Shown piece after piece: positions 26,329 through 32,000 of a stretch of 32,000 nt of DNA. The notes beneath the pieces were generated by a model, which was not told the DNA's origin, did no database searches, and saw only the letters and a list, made by a program, of their open reading frames with translations. The stretch is from positions 92,681 to 124,680 of the forward strand of contig NZ_BBCG01000003.1 in the NCBI RefSeq assembly GCF_001311925.1. The letters are read 5' to 3'. This stretch comes from Cellulosilyticum ruminicola JCM 14822 (GTDB lineage Bacteria > Bacillota > Clostridia > Lachnospirales > Cellulosilyticaceae). Each line of letters begins with the position of its first letter. Position 1 is the stretch's first letter. The position numbers and the translations under genes are program-made.

Positions 26329-27405
26329 CTATATAATTGCTGTAGCTGCTGAAAATATAGGCTGCATAATGGCTAACATCATACCACCTATAAGTACTGC
26401 AAGTATTAATGTCAAAGTTGGTTCAATTAAAATAATGCACTGCATCATTTGTGCATCCACTTCTTCTTTAAAATACATTCCGATTTTCCTTAACATTTCA
26501 TCCACTTCGCCTATTTCTTCACCAATATAAATCATTTGAATAAGCATAGATGGACACACGCTACCTCCTTGCAATGCATTATGCAAACTACTTCCCTGAT
26601 GTAAATAATGAATTGCATTTTCCAACTCATTTTGCATCACATTATTTTTAATGACCTTCTTAGTCATTTCCATAGCTTGCAAAATTGGAACACCCGCAGC
26701 AATTAACATAGACATTGTATTTGCAAAATTTACAGTTATTATTTTTTTATTTAAACATCCTATAATAGGTAATTTTAAGCTAAGACTATCTAAAATCACT
26801 TTACCTTGCTTACTTTTAGCAAACAAATAGCCTATGGTTAAACACACGCACAATGCTATCCCTATTTCTATACCATACTTCACAAAAAACTCACTTACAG
26901 CTATAACTATTTGCGTTGTTCTAGGAATTTCTGCTCCAGTTTCTGTTAGTAACAACATAAAATTAGGAATAACCTTTATCATTAAAATGATTGTTACAAT
27001 TACAACAGCTCCTACTACGATCATTGGATAAATCAAAGCCTTTTTAATCTTGCTGTGCATCTCTAATTGCTGCTCAAAATGCATAATTACTTCCTTCAAA
27101 CTCCCACACATATTACCAGAAGCTTCGCCACATGCAATCATACTTACTAAAAGCCTTGGAAAGACATTAGTTTCATCCATCGCTTCAGAAAAACTATATC
27201 CATTCATTAAAGCTGCATAAATCTGATTTAAACTTACTTTCATTCCTTTATCCCCACAGCTTTCTATGCAAATTTCTAAAGCCTTCGTAATATGCACGCC
27301 AGCTTGTAGCATAGCTAAAAACTGCTTACAAAACAAGTTAATTTCTTTTAAAGGAAGCTTTTCTTTTAAGACAACCCTTTTTTCCTCTATTTTTAGCTCC
27401 AACAT
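26329..27405 (-). CDS. pilC: Type IV pilus platform protein (GspF/PilC family)
   Basis: 358 aa with two GspF-type repeats (LFCKQFLAMLQAGVHITKAL ... and MSMLIAAGVPILQAME...) and three hydrophobic segments. Confidence 0.88.
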   Translation of the reverse strand: MLELKIEEKRVVLKEKLPLKEINLFCKQFLAMLQAGVHITKALEICIESCGDKGMKVSLNQIYAALMNGYSFSEAMDETNVFPRLLVSMIACGEASGNMCGSLKEVIMHFEQQLEMHSKIKKALIYPMIVVGAVVIVTIILMIKVIPNFMLLLTETGAEIPRTTQIVIAVSEFFVKYGIEIGIALCVCLTIGYLFAKSKQGKVILDSLSLKLPIIGCLNKKIITVNFANTMSMLIAAGVPILQAMEMTKKVIKNNVMQNELENAIHYLHQGSSLHNALQGGSVCPSMLIQMIYIGEEIGEVDEMLRKIGMYFKEEVDAQMMQCIILIEPTLTLILAVLIGGMMLAIMQPIFSAATAII

Positions 27406-27415
27406 CTTCTACTCC

Positions 27416-28480
27416 TTATATCAAATTCATTTGACGATTCAATATATCATTTTTTAAACTGTAGTTTCTAGCTGTATCTAATGTTATTTTATTTGACTTG
27501 CAAAGCCTTATAAGTGATTCTTCCATGGTCAACATACCTTGCCCTAAACTTGTTTGAAGCACTGAATAAATTTGATATACTTTTCCCTCACGAATAAGAT
27601 TTTTAATGGCATCATTATTAATCATAAGCTCTACTGCCACCTCACGGCCCAATGTATCACTACTTTCTAAAAGCTGCTGCGAAATAATTCCTTTTAATAC
27701 ACTTGCAAACTGTACACATATCTGCTTTTGCTCATGAGGCGGAAACATACCTATGACACGTTCTACAGTTTGCTGGGCGCCTATAGTATGCAAAGTACTA
27801 AGTACCAAATGCCCTGTTTGAGCAGCTAATAAAGCAATCCTCATCGTTTCCAAATCTCTTATTTCTCCTAATAATATAACATCTGGGTCTTCCCTTAAGG
27901 CGGCTCTCACGCCGCTTGCGAAATTTAGGCAATCCACCCCTATTTCCCTTTGATTTAAAATACTTTTCTTAGATGTGTGCAAGAATTCAACAGGTTCTTC
28001 CAACGTTAAAATGTGTTTTTCCTTAGCTCCATTAATATAATCCACCATACTAGCGAGTGTAGTAGATTTTCCACTTCCTGTTGGGCCCGTAACAAGTATT
28101 AAGCCTGTGTTTTCCAACAAAGTCTCAAGCGTTTCATAAGGTAAACCTAGTGCTTTCATAGAAGGAATTTCATATTGAATAAATCTTAATGCAATACTAT
28201 AACACCCTTTTTGTTTAAATATATTTACTCTAAAACGTGCCTTAGTTTTTAACATGTAAGCGAAATCCACTTCGCCTTCTTCACTCAGCTTCTGAATAAG
28301 CTGCTGATTGTCTCTAAGGAGCATTTTAACATACTGCATCATTTCTTCTTTAGTAATAGATGATAATCCTAATTTTATCAATTTACCATTAAGCCGCATT
28401 GTTGGTATATTATCTACTATGAGATGTAAATCTGATCCCTTCCTAGAGATGACTTCTTCCAATAAATAATTAATATACAT
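27416..28480 (-). CDS. pilT: Type IV pilus retraction ATPase PilT
   Basis: 354 aa with Walker A GPTGSGKSTTL, Asp/His boxes, and the PilT signature AIKNLIREGKVYQI. It lacks the tetracysteine motif. Confidence 0.9.
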   Translation of the reverse strand: MYINYLLEEVISRKGSDLHLIVDNIPTMRLNGKLIKLGLSSITKEEMMQYVKMLLRDNQQLIQKLSEEGEVDFAYMLKTKARFRVNIFKQKGCYSIALRFIQYEIPSMKALGLPYETLETLLENTGLILVTGPTGSGKSTTLASMVDYINGAKEKHILTLEEPVEFLHTSKKSILNQREIGVDCLNFASGVRAALREDPDVILLGEIRDLETMRIALLAAQTGHLVLSTLHTIGAQQTVERVIGMFPPHEQKQICVQFASVLKGIISQQLLESSDTLGREVAVELMINNDAIKNLIREGKVYQIYSVLQTSLGQGMLTMEESLIRLCKSNKITLDTARNYSLKNDILNRQMNLI

Positions 28481-28495
28481 CCTATTTCCTCACTT

Positions 28496-29485
28496 TTACT
28501 GCTTATAAGTTACCCTTAACATTTCTTCCATGCTTGTATCACCATTTAAAACATGCTCATAGGCGTTTTGCCACAAAGTGTGCATACCTTCTTCTTCTGC
28601 TATTCTTTGAAGAATTTCAGTATCCCTCTCACCTTTAGCAATCATTTCCTGAAGCTTTTGGCTAATCATTAAAATTTCATAAATTGCCATTCTCCCCTTA
28701 TAACCTATGTGATTGCACGCTTTACATCCTTTAGGTTTATAAACCATTATGCCTTCTGGCACCTTATAAATAATTGCTTCAGTTGCAGTCACTTGATGTT
28801 TCTTACGACATACTGGACAAAGCCTACGTATAAGCCGCTGCGAAATAACCCCTTTTACTGCCGCTGCAACCATATAATCTTCAACCCCCATATCAATCAA
28901 TCTAGGAATCGAACTAATTGCATTATTAGTATGCAAAGTACTCAATACTAAATGCCCTGTAATTGCTGCACGTATAGCAATACCTGCCGTTTCTTCATCT
29001 CGCATTTCTCCAATCATAAGTACATCAGGATCTTGTCGTAATATAGCACGCAAAACTTTACTAAAATCCAATCCTATTTTCGTATTAACTGCCACTTGAC
29101 TAATCCCTTCTATTACATTTTCCACTGGATCCTCTACTGTAATCATATTAATGCTTTCATGATTTAACCATTTCAAAGACGCCGCTAATGTTGTAGATTT
29201 TCCACTTCCAGTAGGCCCCGTTAATAAAATAATACCATAAGGATTCTTAAGTAACTGTTTGATTTTTATATAGTCTTCCTCTTTAAAACCTATCTCAGAA
29301 AGCGTAAAGCCTCTATGATTACGATAAATAAATCTTATGACTGTTTTCTCACCATGAACAGTTGGTAAAATACTTACTCTAAGGTCAACTTGCTTCCCAT
29401 TTATTTCTTGAAATATACGTCCATCTTGTGGTAATCTTTTTTCCGCAATATCTAAATTCGCTAAGACCTTAATACATCGTGTCAT
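28496..29485 (-). CDS. pilB: Pilus assembly ATPase PilB/GspE, C-terminal ATPase part of a frameshift-split gene
   Basis: 329 aa with LDIAEKRLPQDGRI, Walker A GPTGSGKSTTL, and the tetracysteine motif CPVC...CKAC. The frame stays open upstream of its ATG back to 29539 and encodes IDGYLRKITEVKNETLEN. Confidence 0.88.
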   Translation of the reverse strand: MTRCIKVLANLDIAEKRLPQDGRIFQEINGKQVDLRVSILPTVHGEKTVIRFIYRNHRGFTLSEIGFKEEDYIKIKQLLKNPYGIILLTGPTGSGKSTTLAASLKWLNHESINMITVEDPVENVIEGISQVAVNTKIGLDFSKVLRAILRQDPDVLMIGEMRDEETAGIAIRAAITGHLVLSTLHTNNAISSIPRLIDMGVEDYMVAAAVKGVISQRLIRRLCPVCRKKHQVTATEAIIYKVPEGIMVYKPKGCKACNHIGYKGRMAIYEILMISQKLQEMIAKGERDTEILQRIAEEEGMHTLWQNAYEHVLNGDTSMEEMLRVTYKQ

Positions 29486-29535
29486 ATTCTCTAATGTCTC
29501 GTTCTTAACTTCAGTAATTTTCCTGAGATATCCAT

Positions 29536-30030
29536 CTATCTATAACGAATACGCGCACCCTTTTCAAACGGCTCAATATGCATATCTGAAGCCTCATTTA
29601 AAACACAACGTTCCAACAGATTATGAATAAGTTTCATAGAGGCACTAACTTCTTTATCTTCTATTTTATATTCCATATGTGCTACTGTTTCATCCCGTAT
29701 TTCCTTTTCAAATTGATTCACAATGTTTTTGGTTTGTATAAATGAATAAAATTGTTCTATCATATACTGAATGTTTTTTTCTGAGGCGCGAACAGGTATG
29801 ATTTCCATATTGGTACTAAGACGAAGGTCATCTAATGCATATATATTAAACGGATCTAACATGGCCACTTTAAGCTTATTATCAAACTTTTCAAATGCAA
29901 TCATTTTATGCTTTCTTGCCAAAAATTCTGGTACTTTAGTAACACTTTCTAAATCAATCATCTCTTGCTCTAAATTTATTTCTTGCACATTTAAACCACT
30001 ATAACTTGTTTTACTATTTTCTTCGTTCAT
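29536..30030 (-). CDS. pilB: PilB/GspE N-terminal (T2SSE_N-type) part of a frameshift-split gene
   Basis: 164 aa with LARKHKMIAFEKFDNKLKVAMLDPFNIYALDDLRL, ending ...SDMHIEPFEKGARIRYR*. That is exactly where PilB homologues continue with IDG.L. Confidence 0.85.
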   Translation of the reverse strand: MNEENSKTSYSGLNVQEINLEQEMIDLESVTKVPEFLARKHKMIAFEKFDNKLKVAMLDPFNIYALDDLRLSTNMEIIPVRASEKNIQYMIEQFYSFIQTKNIVNQFEKEIRDETVAHMEYKIEDKEVSASMKLIHNLLERCVLNEASDMHIEPFEKGARIRYR

Positions 30031-30107
30031 TTATAACCTCCTTACAATTCATTATTTATTAGTAATAGCCTAAATTATTTTATATTTCCAAATTCTTCTT
30101 GTAATAT

Positions 30108-30135
30108 ATTATAAGCTTTTACAAATATTTTACAA
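30108..30135 (-). promoter_or_regulatory. Candidate sigma-A promoter of the pilus operon
   Basis: The minus strand reads TTGTAA (30135..30130), a 16-nt spacer, then TATAAT (30113..30108), about 75 nt upstream of the pilB ATG. The region is very AT-rich, so a chance match is possible. Confidence 0.35.
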
Positions 30136-30228
30136 TACCATTTTCTCAATAATTTACATTTTTTCTTTATATTATTCATATTTCAATAAGTAATTAAAAT
30201 TTTATTAAGTATATAATAACTTTTTGCA

Positions 30229-30255
30229 TAAAAAATAGGGACTCTTCTAAGCCCC
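30229..30255 (-). terminator. Rho-independent terminator insulating the pilus operon from the upstream gene
   Basis: The minus strand reads GGGGCTTAGAAGAGTCCC (6-bp stem, 6-nt loop; 30255..30238), followed by TATTTTTT. Confidence 0.65.
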
Positions 30256-30329
30256 TTCAGATTGTTGACAAACGAATTTTTTGAAAATAATTTCATCAAT
30301 TAAGTGAAGATTATTCAATGAAACCCATT

Positions 30330-30377
30330 AAAATAAGGGTAAAAAGAGCTATTTAAGCCTCCTTTTACCCTTATTTT
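30330..30377. repeat. Strong inverted repeat (15-bp stem, 18-nt loop)
   Basis: AAAATAAGGGTAAAA (30330..30344) pairs perfectly with TTTTACCCTTATTTT (30363..30377). It could act as a terminator in either direction, or be the core of a small inserted element. Confidence 0.6.
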
Positions 30378-30448
30378 CTATTTCTAGGCTATTAAAAGAT
30401 TACAGAAAAGTTAATTGTCTACAGACTGTAGTGACTCTTCTAAGTCCC

Positions 30449-31249
30449 TTAATTGTAATTCAATTTATTTTTACACACTCTTAGTCCTTGATCATTTCCT
30501 ACACCAGTTGGTTCAAATTTCCCTCTATAGTTAGTTTCACAACATCTTACATCACCGATAATACCACCACCCTTCCAAGCTCTATAGATTCCAGTAGGAT
30601 TTTCAATATCTGCATACCAGTCAAAACACCATTCTCTTACATTTCCAGACATATCATATAATCCTAGCTCATTTGGCTTCTTCGCTTTGATAGGATGTGT
30701 TTTATTATTATTACTTTCGATCTTATTCCAATTCCAATCCCCTTCTAAATACTGATTTCCTGCATTTTGCCAATGCCAAGCAACTTCATCTGCATTTTCA
30801 CTACCACTAAATTTAGTTCCTTTACTTTGACTGCCGCCACTTGCTGCATATTCCCATTCCTCTACAGTTGGCAAACGATAGCCATTTGCTTGTTGATTAA
30901 TCGTAACTGTCCATTTTTGATTATCATACTCACATATATTTTCACTATCAAAAGTTTCTTGATCAATATTGTAATAAGGTTCTAAACCTTCCTTAAGACT
31001 TCTTAAATTACAGTACGTCACACTGTCATACCAACTTACCATTTCTACAGGTAAATCTTTACCTTTAAACTGAGAAGGATTTGTTCCCATAACTGTCTGC
31101 CACTGTTTTTGTGTCACTTCATGGGTGCTTATATAAAAATCAGTTATATTATTATCTCCTTTTATAAGTACAAATTCTTCATTTGGTTTATTAACGCACC
31201 CAATTAAAGTTAATCCGATGCTCACTAATAATAATAGTTTTTTGTTCAT
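30449..31249 (-). CDS. Formylglycine-generating-enzyme (SUMF1/FGE-sulfatase) domain lipoprotein
   Basis: 266 aa with a lipobox LTLIG|C and FGE-type motifs (EVTQKQW, VSWYDSVTYCN, YRLPTVEEWEYAA, GLYDMSGNVREWCFDWY, GGG..., GLRVCK). Confidence 0.8.
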   Translation of the reverse strand: MNKKLLLLVSIGLTLIGCVNKPNEEFVLIKGDNNITDFYISTHEVTQKQWQTVMGTNPSQFKGKDLPVEMVSWYDSVTYCNLRSLKEGLEPYYNIDQETFDSENICEYDNQKWTVTINQQANGYRLPTVEEWEYAASGGSQSKGTKFSGSENADEVAWHWQNAGNQYLEGDWNWNKIESNNNKTHPIKAKKPNELGLYDMSGNVREWCFDWYADIENPTGIYRAWKGGGIIGDVRCCETNYRGKFEPTGVGNDQGLRVCKNKLNYN

Positions 31250-31376
31250 CTTCTATACCTCTTCTTTTATCTATAAATTAGTTACTAAATAATATCTAAA
31301 TAATATGCAGGTAAGTTTTGATTTATTAAATTTTTAAATCCAAAATTTCTTTAATACATATGTATTAAAAAAATGC

Positions 31377-32000
31377 TTACCAAACTGTTACATTTGCATA
31401 TCCACTGCTTTGATAACCTTCTACACATAAAGCTTGATATGACCAATTACTTCCAAGGTACATACCACATCTTTGCCAAGCATTAACATGATTTTGGAAT
31501 GTAATTTGAGAATTTGTACCTGTTGGTCTCTTAGATTGTCTTACACTCCAATATTGTTGAAATGTTTGTGTACCATCAATTGAAGGCTGATTGTATCGCA
31601 TTGTTGTATAAATATCATAGTTGCCACCATCACTATACACAGAACCCTTATAAGTACCAGTTGGTCTATATGTTCCCCAAGTATCTACAATATAATATTC
31701 AATAAGTGAATTTCTTGTCCAACCATAAAATGATAAATAACCATTTCCAGATGGTTGGAATGCACCAGCATTATATCCTACTACCCTATTAGGGGTTCCA
31801 TAATTCCATCCTTTACCAACAACGAAATTTCCACAATTACTCCATGATACGCTGTAGTTACCACCTTGCCCATTTACTGCATTGACATATCCACCACCAT
31901 CTGTCCAGTTCTGCCAATAATCTGTTGCTTGGACATTAGTTGCTAATGCCATTGTAGCTATACAAAATACAGTTAATAGTTTTTTACGTAATTTAGACAT
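31377..32000 (-). CDS. Secreted glycoside hydrolase family 11 endo-1,4-beta-xylanase (catalytic domain only)
   Basis: 207 aa with a signal peptide ([25 protein letters not shown]), then [10 protein letters not shown]...NFVVGKGW...[17 protein letters not shown]...[26 protein letters not shown]...EGYQSSG.ANVTVW, the classic GH11 pattern. The ATG is the last codon of the window, so a longer N-terminus cannot be excluded. Confidence 0.92.
   Translation of the reverse strand: MSKLRKKLLTVFCIATMALATNVQATDYWQNWTDGGGYVNAVNGQGGNYSVSWSNCGNFVVGKGWNYGTPNRVVGYNAGAFQPSGNGYLSFYGWTRNSLIEYYIVDTWGTYRPTGTYKGSVYSDGGNYDIYTTMRYNQPSIDGTQTFQQYWSVRQSKRPTGTNSQITFQNHVNAWQRCGMYLGSNWSYQALCVEGYQSSGYANVTVW

Noticed and set aside
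1351-27457. All plus-strand ORFs in the track (for example 2624..2857, 5086..5340, 7657..7923, 11558..11965, 20814..21161, 25986..26318, 28709..28951)
   Set aside because: Each lies entirely antisense to a well-supported minus-strand gene. They have low-complexity, Leu/Ile/Phe/Ser-rich translations typical of shadow ORFs in AT-rich DNA, and none has a convincing ribosome-binding site.
30031-30228. Possible c-di-GMP riboswitch or other structured leader upstream of the pilus operon, as known for some clostridial pilA operons
   Set aside because: The leader is extremely AT-rich. It has no GC-rich paired segments and no terminator/antiterminator alternative that I can see, so nothing supports a riboswitch.
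1-32000. Search for CRISPR arrays, tRNA/rRNA genes, transposases, integrases, toxin-antitoxin pairs and defence-system hallmarks
   Set aside because: I saw no regularly spaced direct repeats, no cloverleaf-like GC-rich segments of 70-90 nt outside the putative OLE region, and no ORF with recombinase, nuclease or defence-type motifs.

Overview
This is a low-GC chromosomal segment that looks like a spore-forming Firmicute (Clostridia-like). Every credible gene is on the minus strand, and the plus-strand ORFs in the track look like antisense shadows.

Gene order from high to low coordinates:
- A secreted GH11 xylanase and an FGE/SUMF1-like lipoprotein.
- A tightly packed type IV pilus (T4P) locus of about 12 kb: pilB, pilT, pilC, pilA, pilD, a minor pilin, a pilM-pilN fusion, an extended pilO, a 384-aa pilin-like protein, a very large PilX-like protein and a lipoprotein.
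- The pilus locus runs, with no terminator I can see, into yqeG-aroE-(pilin-like gene)-aroK.
- An M24 Xaa-Pro peptidase, efp, and an LtaS-like sulfatase-family membrane protein bracketed by terminators.
- A complete spoIIIAA-AH operon.
- asp23-nusB-xseA-xseB-ispA plus a DUF212/PAP2-like membrane protein.
- A roughly 650-nt ORF-poor region with visibly higher G+C and its own near-consensus sigma-A promoter, followed by a truncated polybasic membrane protein.

Main points worth a second look:
1. I read the ORF-poor region as an OLE (ornate, large, extremophilic) RNA followed by oapA. The basis is the known ispA-ole-oapA synteny plus what the sequence itself shows.
2. The T4P locus carries three separate 1-nt frameshift lesions at short homopolymers, in pilB, pilD and the giant PilX-like gene. 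I found no such lesion in the roughly 18 kb of housekeeping genes in the same window.
3. A prepilin gene overlaps aroE at its start and aroK at its end, so it looks translationally coupled to both.
4. The prepilin peptidase lacks the Cys-rich loop of bifunctional PilD enzymes.
5. The intergenic region upstream of the pilus operon has a duplicated 17-mer flanking an element bounded by inverted repeats.

No CRISPR array, tRNA, rRNA, transposase or integrase was recognised. All family assignments come from motif recognition by eye, not from database searches.
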